The notes: generated by a model not told the origin, from the sequence alone. A DNA stretch of 20,000 bases from an uncultured virus (IMG/VR IMGVR_UViG_3300032931_000293) (IMGVR_UViG_3300032931_000293), one strand, 5' to 3'. Counted from the stretch's first letter, positions 1 through 7,662 are shown. A program made the numbers and translations.

Positions 1-705
1 GTAGTTATGGAATCTTGGGGAAACGTAAAACCAACCGAAGACTCGTATATTCGACATTTAAATGATAATAGAATGGATTGTAGATTAGAAAATCTTAAAT
101 GGGTATCAGATATACGAGATGAATATATAGATAATTTATATAAAATGGGAGTAGTATTAACTAATTGTGTGAAAAACGAGACTGGATCTTATATGGGAAC
201 TATACAATATCTCCACACTAATATTGTTAAAAAAATAAATGATATTGGAGATTTCTATAAAAACTATAAAAATAATTTTAAACTTAATAAAGATATTTTA
301 AAGGATACTAAACAATATAAAAATACTCATATATTTTCAAATAAAAATGGGGACATATTTAGTGTAAATGGATTAGTTAAAAGACTAAATAATGTATCTA
401 AAAATGGATATGTTGATGTCAGGGGTATTCCGGCACATCATATAGTATTGGAATCTTGGGGATTTCATCGACCATCAAATAACCATATAGTAAGGCATCT
501 AAATGATATACCTAGTGATAATAGATTGGAAAATCTTAAATGGGATTTTCAAATAGTTAATATGAAAGATAAAGATGTTAATGAAGATAAAAGAAAAGAA
601 TTACTTAAACGGCTTTTAGATGCTAATCTATTTACTTTAGAAGAAATTTCAATTCTTATGAAAGTTAAATTAGAATCAATTGAAGGTATTATAAAAACTT
701 TTTGA
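1..705 (+). CDS. HNH homing endonuclease with two HNH_3-type motifs (5' end lies outside the window)
   Basis: Frame is open from base 1. Two copies of the motif ESWG..P....RHLND...D[C/N]RLENLKW, typical of phage NUMOD4/HNH_3 endonucleases. The C-terminal tail is helix-turn-helix-like. Visibly AT-rich. Confidence 0.85.
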   Translation, partial: VVMESWGNVKPTEDSYIRHLNDNRMDCRLENLKWVSDIRDEYIDNLYKMGVVLTNCVKNETGSYMGTIQYLHTNIVKKINDIGDFYKNYKNNFKLNKDILKDTKQYKNTHIFSNKNGDIFSVNGLVKRLNNVSKNGYVDVRGIPAHHIVLESWGFHRPSNNHIVRHLNDIPSDNRLENLKWDFQIVNMKDKDVNEDKRKELLKRLLDANLFTLEEISILMKVKLESIEGIIKTF

Positions 706-938
706 GGCTAAAATTCCGCCGCCAAAAAAATTTTTTAAATTAGACATATACACAAAAAAATTTGATAATCCTAAAATTAGTCCACTGGTCTAGACCCCCA
801 TTTTTTAAGCCTATCTATGTCTATAAACACTGTCCAGATAACGATTTATGCCTTTTAACCCCCTATTAATTACCCAACTAACTACCCAATTTAATAGTAC
901 CTTCCAAGATACTCCCAATTATCTTCCCACCAATTCCC

Positions 939-959
939 CCTTGAGTGGTGTATGATACA
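939..959 (+). repeat. 21-bp dispersed element, copy 1
   Basis: CCTTGAG TGG TGTATGATACA. Confidence 0.9.
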
Positions 960-979
960 CCCACTATGTATTTTCCCTC

Positions 980-1006
980 TTGACATTCCTTTCCCGTATC
1001 TACAAT
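980..1006 (+). promoter_or_regulatory. Early promoter, TTGACA-N15-TACAAT (first of ~42 in the window)
   Basis: TTGACA 980-985, TACAAT 1001-1006, ATG at 1014. Confidence 0.8.
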
Positions 1007-1013
1007 GTCCCTT

Positions 1014-1325
1014 ATGAGCAACACCTATCCTCTTCCTCTTGCGCAGGCCAATCTTGTTCGTTGGTTGGACAAGCGTGTACCTCTCACGGCTGGTGACGTT
1101 ACCCTTAGCATCGAGGAACGTTCCAAGTTAATCACGATGATCTACAATGGTAGCATTCCAATTTTCATTAGGAAGGATTGCGAGGATAGTTATTCATTGA
1201 TAGTTGATGAGGGTAAGGGGTCAATTGAGGACTTTTATGTGCTTGAGGCTAACGTATGTGGTGACAATATTTGTCAGGTGATGGAAGACAATTCAATTCG
1301 TTTTAGTCAATGGAAGATGGCTTGA
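1014..1325 (+). CDS. Hypothetical phage protein, leaderless
   Basis: ORF track 1005..1325; start moved to the ATG following the -10 box after a 7-nt gap. Confidence 0.75.
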   Translation: MSNTYPLPLAQANLVRWLDKRVPLTAGDVTLSIEERSKLITMIYNGSIPIFIRKDCEDSYSLIVDEGKGSIEDFYVLEANVCGDNICQVMEDNSIRFSQWKMA

Positions 1326-1354
1326 CATCCTCTAAAGTCACTTAGGATACACAT

Positions 1355-1540
1355 ATGGACAACATACAAGTCGCTCTCAATAAGATCCAAGCTTTTAAGC
1401 GAGGTGAGCGGATGATAGTATCTGGGGCATGGTTGGATGTGCTATCTGATCTTGATCCCGATTTAGCTTGCAAGGTGAAGAGTATTCCGAATCCTGACCG
1501 AGTGGGCTTGTTGGATCAATACGTGGCTTGGATTGGCTAA
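1355..1540 (+). CDS. Hypothetical protein, leaderless
   Basis: TTGACA(1322)-N15-TAGGAT-N6-ATG. Confidence 0.75.
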   Translation: MDNIQVALNKIQAFKRGERMIVSGAWLDVLSDLDPDLACKVKSIPNPDRVGLLDQYVAWIG

Positions 1541-1548
1541 AAAGGGGC

Positions 1549-1580
1549 TTGAGTAGCTTTTGAGTAGCTTTTGAGTAGCT
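1549..1580 (+). repeat. Tandem 11-bp repeat TTGAGTAGCT(T) x3
   Basis: ttgagtagctt ttgagtagctt ttgagtagct, immediately upstream of element copy 2. Confidence 0.85.
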
Positions 1581-1616
1581 CTTAAACCCTTAAGGGTTAG
1601 GAAGCTACCTTGAAGC

Positions 1617-1637
1617 CCTTGAGTAGTGTGTGATACA
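1617..1637 (+). repeat. 21-bp dispersed element, copy 2
   Basis: CCTTGAG TAG TGTGTGATACA. Confidence 0.9.
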
Positions 1638-1703
1638 GTCAATAAGAACCTATCTTGACATTCATTTCCGATCTACTATAAAGCCACTTACAAGGAGCCT
1701 ACT

Positions 1704-1829
1704 ATGACATTCCATGAGTTTTTCGGTGATGGTGAGGTTATTAGTGCGATGGTAACGGTTGGTATAATTTGTATTGCGATGATTACTCCTAACATTTGTG
1801 TTGCAATTCGTCGGATTGGTCGGAAGTGA
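1704..1829 (+). CDS. Small membrane protein (41 aa, MTFHEFFGDG...RRIGRK)
   Basis: Promoter at 1655, SD AAGGAG, one hydrophobic segment and a basic tail; below the ORF-track cutoff. Confidence 0.7.
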   Translation: MTFHEFFGDGEVISAMVTVGIICIAMITPNICVAIRRIGRK

Positions 1830-1909
1830 CAAGTTTTGTCATAGGGATAGTTGTTGGTATTGTAGCCTATCGAGTAGTTATGGAGAAGCTTAGAGCTATT
1901 TTCAAGTAA
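1826..1909 (+). CDS. Small membrane peptide (27 aa, MTSFVIGIVVGIVAYR...)
   Basis: GTGA overlap with the previous stop; hydrophobic N-terminus. Confidence 0.5.
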   Translation: MTSFVIGIVVGIVAYRVVMEKLRAIFK

Positions 1910-1978
1910 CTTTGTAAGCCCTCTAAGGGGGCTTGACTTTTTTCCCCATCTATTAGGATATACTCAAGGAACCCAACC

Positions 1979-2230
1979 ATGATCCCTATTCTTTTCTTTA
2001 TCTTTCTTAGTATTGCGGTAGTTTCGTTTATTACGGCACTTATAAATCTATTGCTAGGTGCTAGGAGGATCCAGAACATGGCATGGAATGCAGATTTTAG
2101 GGACAGTAATGGTACAATTAGCAAGACATTTTTGATTCATATTATTTGTGCAATTTTCTATGTAATTAGTAGTATTGGGACGGCCATTCTTGGTATTGCT
2201 TGGATAGTTCAAGCGATCAAGGGGGTTTGA
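1979..2230 (+). CDS. Two-TM membrane protein
   Basis: Promoter 1933 (N15-TAGGAT), SD AAGGA, two hydrophobic helices. Confidence 0.8.
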   Translation: MIPILFFIFLSIAVVSFITALINLLLGARRIQNMAWNADFRDSNGTISKTFLIHIICAIFYVISSIGTAILGIAWIVQAIKGV

Positions 2231-2231
2231 C

Positions 2232-2414
2232 ATGAATTACATTAAGGTTAATGACGATGATGATGGGGTTGTGATTGTTGAGGATTATGAGGGTGGCATT
2301 AAGTCATTTTCGTACAACGGTGGTTACGAGAAGAAGCAAGCCCGAAGAGCGGGAGAGAAGTTGGCGGAACGGGTTGCAAAGGAGAAGGGATGCGATTGGG
2401 GATGCAACTATTGA
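2232..2414 (+). CDS. Hypothetical protein
   Basis: ORF abutting the previous gene; stop lies inside the next -35 box. Confidence 0.75.
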   Translation: MNYIKVNDDDDGVVIVEDYEGGIKSFSYNGGYEKKQARRAGEKLAERVAKEKGCDWGCNY

Positions 2415-2443
2415 CTTTCTTTGAAGGTTGATAGGATACTATT

Positions 2444-2611
2444 ATGATTAAATACTCTGAGATTGAGCATCTTCCTTTGGATCATCCTTTGATGCTTCAG
2501 TTTATGAAGCAAGAGAGGGATCTTGAGGTTTACAAGGAGACTTCTAGGGATTGTGGTATGGATGAAGAGTCAATGGAATATTTCAATCGATATGTTGCGG
2601 GAGACAAGTAG
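2444..2611 (+). CDS. Hypothetical protein (55 aa, MIKYSEIEHL...), leaderless
   Basis: TTGACT(2411)-N15-TAGGAT-N6-ATG. Confidence 0.75.
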   Translation: MIKYSEIEHLPLDHPLMLQFMKQERDLEVYKETSRDCGMDEESMEYFNRYVAGDK

Positions 2612-2664
2612 CCTCTTGACTTCCGATCCTTCCGCATACACTTTCATTCATAAGGAAACATACC

Positions 2665-2844
2665 ATGCGATTCCCGGTTACGGTTTGGTTTGACAACGGA
2701 AACAAGGTCAAGTGTGAGAATGACAAGGATCTCAAGAATGAAATCCTTAATGCTCATTCGGAGCAAATCTTTGCCGAATCAATCCATGATGCGGATGGGA
2801 AGGACCTTGGATGCCATTGGAGTGTGAAGATTGTTCCACTTTGA
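2665..2844 (+). CDS. Hypothetical protein (59 aa, MRFPVTVWFD...)
   Basis: Promoter 2616 (N15-TACACT), SD AAGGA. Confidence 0.75.
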   Translation: MRFPVTVWFDNGNKVKCENDKDLKNEILNAHSEQIFAESIHDADGKDLGCHWSVKIVPL

Positions 2845-2857
2845 AGTAATCTTTTAG

Positions 2858-2998
2858 TTTTATGCTACTACGAGGTAGAAGCCTCGATTGAGAATAAAGC
2901 ATAGGTCCGAAAGGAAATCCCTTTGCCGAGTAGATTCCCGAAAGGTAAAGCCAGAAGGATACCCGACCCCGAGCGAAAGCCCAGGGTTGTTTTTGTTT
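2858..2998 (+). ncRNA. Candidate structured RNA / 3'-UTR element with three GAAA tetraloops, ending in a terminator
   Basis: Stems TATGCT/AGCATA and CGAGG/CCTCG; hairpins TCC-GAAA-GGA, CC-GAAA-GG and GC-GAAA-GC; final stem followed by a T-tract; no credible ORF. Confidence 0.5.
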
Positions 2999-3005
2999 GA
3001 TTTGG

Positions 3006-3026
3006 TGTATCACACACTGCTCAAGG
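3006..3026 (-). repeat. 21-bp dispersed element, copy 3 (inverted)
   Basis: Reverse complement reads CCTTGAG CAG TGTGTGATACA. Confidence 0.9.
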
Positions 3027-3159
3027 GGATGTCCTCTTGAATGTCTGGTATTGCCAGGTTGTAAGTTGCTTTATAGTAACTTGTTATGCTTTTAAGTTAC
3101 TTTGAATGTCCTTAAAGATGTCCTATTGACAAGTTGAGTTGATGTGTTAGGATATGAGC

Positions 3160-3213
3160 CGCTATCACTATGAACGTGAGCAGAAGCCCTAGGTGTGTCG
3201 CCTAGGGTTTTTT
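3160..3213 (+). ncRNA. Candidate ~55-nt small RNA
   Basis: TTGACA(3126)-N16-TAGGAT, a small TCAC/GTGA hairpin, then a terminator; no ORF with a ribosome-binding site. Confidence 0.45.
3184..3213 (+). terminator. Rho-independent terminator
   Basis: CCCTAGG-tgtgtcg-CCTAGGG-TTTTTT. Confidence 0.85.
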
Positions 3214-3249
3214 GTTTGACTTTATCGAGTGGCTTGATATGATATGAAT

Positions 3250-3393
3250 ATGAGACATCAAGAACTTGCTTCGGGATACGCTACTTACGACGTTCAGGAC
3301 TGCAAGTCGGCTCGAAAGTCGATTCGATACTATAAGCGTAAGGCCCATAAGGCTTTACGGCAGATCCGCAAGAAGGAAATAAACGAGGAATAA
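3250..3393 (+). CDS. Small basic protein (47 aa, MRHQELASGY...), leaderless
   Basis: TTGACT(3216)-N16-TATGAT-N6-ATG; Lys/Arg-rich C-terminal half. Confidence 0.7.
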   Translation: MRHQELASGYATYDVQDCKSARKSIRYYKRKAHKALRQIRKKEINEE

Positions 3394-3396
3394 AAC

Positions 3397-3603
3397 ATGA
3401 CTCTTTCGCCTGCATTTATTGAGACATTGAAGGTTATTGCTAAGAAAAAGACTTGGCAAGACAAAGATGATGAAAACGGTGAATATTTTAACCCTTATGA
3501 TTGGTGCGGTGGTAACTTTAATGATGCATATGAGGGTGGTGTAGTTACAGGAGAAATTGAAATGGCTAGAACCGTCCTTGAAGAACTAGGGATTGACTTT
3601 TAA
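3397..3603 (+). CDS. Hypothetical protein
   Basis: SD GAGGA; ORF track. Confidence 0.8.
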   Translation: MTLSPAFIETLKVIAKKKTWQDKDDENGEYFNPYDWCGGNFNDAYEGGVVTGEIEMARTVLEELGIDF

Positions 3604-3625
3604 GGAAGCTCATTAAGATACTATT

Positions 3626-3832
3626 ATGAGCTACGAACTTCGTTCCGCCGACTTCCAAAATGTAATCTTCACGGCATCTACATATGATGATATGTGGAAG
3701 CAACTTATGGATTTCAAGGATGCACAACTTGATGGTAATATTGATGGACTCATTATCTGTAATACTATCACCAAGGAATGGGATTATGCTTGGAGGGTTG
3801 CAATCAACCACAAGGATTTGTTGGTTTCATGA
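3626..3832 (+). CDS. Hypothetical protein, leaderless
   Basis: TTGACT(3593)-N15-TAAGAT-N6-ATG. Confidence 0.8.
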   Translation: MSYELRSADFQNVIFTASTYDDMWKQLMDFKDAQLDGNIDGLIICNTITKEWDYAWRVAINHKDLLVS

Positions 3833-4053
3833 GCTACGCCCTTTGGAAGAAATTGAAGTCACTTGATTATGAGATCGCTATGAAGGATCTTGACATCAAT
3901 GATGAAATGGTTAATCTTCCATTCCCGGTTGGTAGGATTGCTTTCAAGATGTTCAAGGACCATCGTGGAGGTGGTTATGATGTCCTTTATTGGACATATA
4001 CGCATACCGGACCCGGATCAAATAAAACAACTTACACGATTTGGAACAAATGA
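3829..4053 (+). CDS. Hypothetical protein
   Basis: ATGA coupling to the upstream stop (ORF track start 3778). Confidence 0.7.
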   Translation: MSYALWKKLKSLDYEIAMKDLDINDEMVNLPFPVGRIAFKMFKDHRGGGYDVLYWTYTHTGPGSNKTTYTIWNK

Positions 4054-4235
4054 ACAACAATGAAATTCCCCGCCGTCTAAGTTCAAGTACCAATCCTTTG
4101 TCTAATGAAAAGCAAAAATGGTTAAATTGGTGCTACGATTATGGGAGTGATATTCGTGATTCGCTTCCTCCCGGACCCGAAAAGGAAAAAATGACTAATC
4201 TCTTGGCCGGACTCATCCTTGTAGATGGTGAATAA
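4050..4235 (+). CDS. Hypothetical protein
   Basis: ATGA coupling. Confidence 0.7.
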   Translation: MNNNEIPRRLSSSTNPLSNEKQKWLNWCYDYGSDIRDSLPPGPEKEKMTNLLAGLILVDGE

Positions 4236-4236
4236 A

Positions 4237-4491
4237 ATGATTAAAACTCTTAGTAACGTTCATTATCATATGGACATGGGTTGCGGAATTGATGTATGGC
4301 GCATTGTTGGTGATGATGAAGAGGGTAGAACCAAGTCGATTTCGACCCCCGTCAAAATGGATGAGAAAAACGACATTCTAACTACCGCTAGTGGTTCGGT
4401 GTATCATATCACTAACTATAGTGGTAGTCGTGAAATGTTCATTGCCCAAGTGGTGAAGGACATTGCAAACGGAGGGTATGAAGTCCGTTGA
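4237..4491 (+). CDS. Hypothetical phage protein
   Basis: ORF track 4225..4491; start either 4225 or 4237. Confidence 0.7.
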   Translation: MIKTLSNVHYHMDMGCGIDVWRIVGDDEEGRTKSISTPVKMDEKNDILTTASGSVYHITNYSGSREMFIAQVVKDIANGGYEVR

Positions 4492-4536
4492 CTTCTACTC
4501 TCAAGCCGCTATAAAGCTACTCACAAGGAAACTATC

Positions 4537-4740
4537 ATGGCCACCATTAGACTTAATGCGTTTGACAAGGATTCAAGCGGATCCTACTCGGAAACGGTTG
4601 AAGTTTCCTCCCTTGATGAACTCAAGGCAAAGGAAAAGGTGTTTGATGGTGCGGTTCCCTTCACTCGGTTCTATTTTGACCATGAAGTGTTGGAGTGTAA
4701 CGATGAAGCTATTGAACAATATTGTGATGAATTGATTTGA
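4537..4740 (+). CDS. Hypothetical acidic protein
   Basis: Promoter 4488, SD AAGGA. Confidence 0.8.
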   Translation: MATIRLNAFDKDSSGSYSETVEVSSLDELKAKEKVFDGAVPFTRFYFDHEVLECNDEAIEQYCDELI

Positions 4741-4741
4741 C

Positions 4742-4912
4742 ATGAGGGGTTATATTGATGCCCCCGATGGTACTCGATACTACGGGGAAGGAAAAACTTC
4801 TAAAGATATATACAATGAGGTAAATCGTCAAGTGCTTCAGATGCATGATGGTAAGATTCCGTCTAGTTGGTTAGGAAAAGCATCAACATTGGTTATTACG
4901 GATAAGCAATGA
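4742..4912 (+). CDS. Hypothetical protein (56 aa, MRGYIDAPDG...)
   Basis: Fills the gap exactly; ATGA overlap with the next gene. Confidence 0.7.
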   Translation: MRGYIDAPDGTRYYGEGKTSKDIYNEVNRQVLQMHDGKIPSSWLGKASTLVITDKQ

Positions 4913-5145
4913 TCCATCAAACGATTGGAGTGTATCCTAATGGTGATTACAAGATGAACGGAGTACCTTCCGAGCATCTCGAAAATCATATCGAGTATAA
5001 TAAATTATGGCGATGGGGTCGGGCTTTAATTGTTGATGGTGTAGTGGTTTATAAGGGAAATGTCCATGAGGAAACCCTTAAAATGGTACTCGATAAGATT
5101 CCGTCAATGTTCAAGCCGACTAAGGATACACAACCTTATCATTGA
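4909..5145 (+). CDS. Hypothetical protein
   Basis: ORF track; ATGA coupling. Confidence 0.8.
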   Translation: MIHQTIGVYPNGDYKMNGVPSEHLENHIEYNKLWRWGRALIVDGVVVYKGNVHEETLKMVLDKIPSMFKPTKDTQPYH

Positions 5146-5177
5146 CAAGTAGCTTCGTGGGTGAAATCCCACCCGAA

Positions 5178-5198
5178 CCTTGAGTAGTGTATGATACA
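5178..5198 (+). repeat. 21-bp dispersed element, copy 4
   Basis: CCTTGAG TAG TGTATGATACA followed by the shared ATTATCAAGTTACTTGGAATT extension. Confidence 0.9.
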
Positions 5199-5260
5199 CA
5201 TTATCAAGTTACTTGGAATTGACTACTTGACTTTTACTCTGAAGCTACTAGGATACTATT

Positions 5261-5497
5261 ATGAGCAACACCATCGATCTCCGCAACTGTGTCAAGGGGC
5301 AGAAGCTCCGTTCTTCGCAAGGTGCAATCCTCACCTATTCTAAGCCATTGGAAGAGGGTAACTTCTACGATCATGAAGTGATCTACCCCGATGGTAGCTT
5401 CGGAACTCGCATCCATGATGGGCATGTGTATCGTAATCCCGACAAGCGGATTCCCGAGGATCATGATATCGTGGAAATCCTCCCGATTGATGCTTGA
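5261..5497 (+). CDS. Hypothetical protein, leaderless
   Basis: TTGACT(5227)-N16-TAGGAT-N6-ATG. Confidence 0.8.
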   Translation: MSNTIDLRNCVKGQKLRSSQGAILTYSKPLEEGNFYDHEVIYPDGSFGTRIHDGHVYRNPDKRIPEDHDIVEILPIDA

Positions 5498-5527
5498 CAT
5501 TCCCAATCCCCTTGTATAGTCATACCC

Positions 5528-5596
5528 ATGAAGACAATCATCAACATCATCACCAACATCATCGTGATTTTCGGTAACTCGGAAATGGAAGGATAA
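5528..5596 (+). CDS. 22-aa Ile-rich leaderless peptide MKTIINIITNIIVIFGNSEMEG
   Basis: TTGACA(5494)-N15-TATAGT-N7-ATG; its 3' end carries the SD of the next gene. Confidence 0.55.
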   Translation: MKTIINIITNIIVIFGNSEMEG

Positions 5597-5597
5597 C

Positions 5598-6062
5598 ATG
5601 CAAGCCAACGGAAATGCGCCAATCAAGGTTAAAGTGGGAAGCCGCTACATTGACCTTATGAACACTGTCGTAAAGATCAAAAAGGTCACAAAGACGGGTT
5701 GGTTCATTTCCGATCAGTCAAGCTACCGTGAAGATGGTACTTGCTACCACGGTGCCGCATTGAATCTCTATAAGGAAATTGAAGATACTAAGGATGTTGA
5801 TTCGTCAATTCATGATATCCTAAATAGTAATGCGGATAAATTTGTTAATTATATCGGTAGCTTGCGGGATCGTTAGCAAGATGAAAAAGAGCATGAAGAT
5901 ATCGCCAATTATATGAGTGCTATTAATGTGTTCACTCAAACTACTATCCCCAACGTAACGGAAGTCAAGGCTAGTAAGTGGTCGGTATCATTTAAGATGC
6001 CAAACAATCGTACATATTCATATTACCTTAAAGGTAACAACGGCGGATTGAAGGAAATATGA
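5598..6062 (+). pseudogene. Hypothetical protein gene interrupted by a single in-frame TAG (5874-5876)
   Basis: Frame stays open for 61 codons past the TAG and ends in a TGATG overlap with the next gene. Confidence 0.6.
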
Positions 6063-6208
6063 TGGAAACATTTAGGGTAAATCAATCTGCTAAAAGGGCG
6101 TTGAAGATTCTCTTGGACAATTTTGAGAAACATGGTATTCCGGTTAATACGGATGTAATTGCCGAATTAGAATATATTATTTCCTCAACTACAGAATCTA
6201 CTGAATGA
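6062..6208 (+). CDS. Hypothetical protein (48 aa, METFRVNQSA...)
   Basis: SD AAGGA, TGATG overlap. Confidence 0.7.
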   Translation: METFRVNQSAKRALKILLDNFEKHGIPVNTDVIAELEYIISSTTESTE

Positions 6209-6248
6209 ATCAAGTAGCCTTTTAATCCCTCATGGGCTTAGAAGCTCC

Positions 6249-6269
6249 CCTTGAATAGTGTATCATACA
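6249..6269 (+). repeat. 21-bp dispersed element, copy 5
   Basis: CCTTGAA TAG TGTATCATACA plus extension. Confidence 0.85.
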
Positions 6270-6330
6270 TATTATCGAGTTACCTGGAATTATCCTCTTG
6301 ACTTCCATTCCTACTTGCTAGGATACATTC

Positions 6331-6636
6331 ATGAGCCACAACCATAAGAAGATCCGCCAGACCTCCACCGTGACCACCGCTTGCGAAATCTCTTTCGGAG
6401 TGGACAATATGCGCTATGGAACGGTGTGTGTTCCTATCGGTGCGGAAGTGGAGCGTTTCAAGGAAGGTGGAGTTATCTCGGATTGGTTCCTAGTTAACCC
6501 CGGCAAGTATTGTCCCGAAAGTGCCATGTTTGATGGTAAGCCATCGCATGGATATATGTGGGATGCTACTTATAGGGGTATCCGTTTGCCATATGCCAAT
6601 GTGAAGGACGGACATCCGAAGTTTTTTGTTGCTTGA
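6331..6636 (+). CDS. Hypothetical protein, leaderless
   Basis: TTGACT(6298)-N15-TAGGAT-N6-ATG. Confidence 0.8.
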   Translation: MSHNHKKIRQTSTVTTACEISFGVDNMRYGTVCVPIGAEVERFKEGGVISDWFLVNPGKYCPESAMFDGKPSHGYMWDATYRGIRLPYANVKDGHPKFFVA

Positions 6637-6666
6637 CTTCTACGCCTACCCTCTACAATCAAAACC

Positions 6667-6978
6667 ATGACCACCACCGCCATGCTCACTGCTAAAACCA
6701 TCTTGAACCAAATCGGCTCCAATAGCCTCATGTGCCTTGGGGTTCCTCGCAATTCCATCTATGCTATTCCGGAAACTTCCGAGCATCTTGGAGGGGTTCA
6801 ATTCAAGTTCACGAATTGTCCCAAGGTTCGTAATGGCACCGTCCGAGTGATTCTGATGCCGAATGATACATATAACGTTGAAATCCTCAACGTTCGTGGC
6901 CGGAAGATTGCCGAGTTTTCCGATGTGTATTGTGACAACTTGGGGCGTGATGGCGTGATTGAAGGTGTTACCGGTTGA
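6667..6978 (+). CDS. Conserved hypothetical phage protein, leaderless
   Basis: TTGACT(6633)-N15-TACAAT-N7-ATG; pattern TILxQxG...DTYxVE...VYCDxL recalled from phage hypothetical proteins. Confidence 0.8.
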   Translation: MTTTAMLTAKTILNQIGSNSLMCLGVPRNSIYAIPETSEHLGGVQFKFTNCPKVRNGTVRVILMPNDTYNVEILNVRGRKIAEFSDVYCDNLGRDGVIEGVTG

Positions 6979-7007
6979 CATCGTAGGAAAGTCGCTAGGA
7001 TACAATC

Positions 7008-7094
7008 ATGCGAAAGCCCTTCTACTGCTTCCGGAACCACCAACTGGTGCTTAATAGCCGATGGAAGCGATTTGTCCTCGCCATTGGGGCTTGA
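7008..7094 (+). CDS. 28-aa basic peptide (MRKPFYCFRN...), leaderless
   Basis: TTGACA(6975)-N15-TAGGAT-N6-ATG; stop lies in the next -35 box. Confidence 0.65.
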   Translation: MRKPFYCFRNHQLVLNSRWKRFVLAIGA

Positions 7095-7124
7095 CTTCCC
7101 TTTCCCACTCATTAGGATACTCAC

Positions 7125-7337
7125 ATGAGCATCACCGAAGACCTCGCCACCAACGCACCCCTTGAAGTCAAGGCTACCGTCTTTGCCGAGTATCACAATG
7201 ACCGTGAAGTAGCTTACAAGGCGGTTGAAAACTACTGCAATGATAATTTGATCTATTCGGATGGATCCATTGCAAAGGTCATGGAAATGATCTACGAGAA
7301 TGTTTCATTTAATGTTGCTTTTGAAGTGGAAGGATAA
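7125..7337 (+). CDS. Hypothetical acidic protein, leaderless
   Basis: TTGACT(7091)-N16-TAGGAT-N6-ATG. Confidence 0.8.
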   Translation: MSITEDLATNAPLEVKATVFAEYHNDREVAYKAVENYCNDNLIYSDGSIAKVMEMIYENVSFNVAFEVEG

Positions 7338-7390
7338 TAACTCTTGACTTCCTCAAAAGACTTGTAAGCTACTCTCAAGGAACCTAAGCC

Positions 7391-7546
7391 ATGATGATCG
7401 TCAAAAAGGATGAAACCTACTGCCTTGGTCTTGAAGTCCCGGAAGGTTGGACTCTTGTCAAGGATGGGTTTACTTCCAATGTAGAGGCTCAACAGTGGCT
7501 CTGGAATGAAATCGATTCCATTCCCGAAGGCTACGGATTGCCCTAA
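7391..7546 (+). CDS. Hypothetical protein (51 aa, MMIVKKDETY...)
   Basis: Promoter 7344 (N15-TAAGCT), SD AAGGA. Confidence 0.7.
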   Translation: MMIVKKDETYCLGLEVPEGWTLVKDGFTSNVEAQQWLWNEIDSIPEGYGLP

Positions 7547-7580
7547 AGGGATTATGAGTAGCTCGGAAAGCTACTCCACC

Positions 7581-7601
7581 CCTTGAGTAGTGTGTGATAC
7601 G
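7581..7601 (+). repeat. 21-bp dispersed element, copy 6
   Basis: CCTTGAG TAG TGTGTGATACG; 7580-7637 matches 8233-8290 with one mismatch. Confidence 0.9.
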
Positions 7602-7629
7602 GATTATCGAGTAACTTGGAATTAACTTC

Positions 7630-7656
7630 TTGACATTCATTCCTAGTTATTATAAT
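7630..7656 (+). promoter_or_regulatory. Promoter with perfect consensus boxes and a 15-bp spacer
   Basis: TTGACA-ttcattcctagttat-TATAAT-N6-ATG(7663). Confidence 0.85.
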
Positions 7657-7662
7657 ATTCAT

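Noticed and set aside
5874..5876. Genome-wide TAG reassignment (genetic code 15)
   Set aside because: Only one internal TAG was found. Other genes read fully in code 11, and the TAGs at 2609 and 15010 behave as stops.
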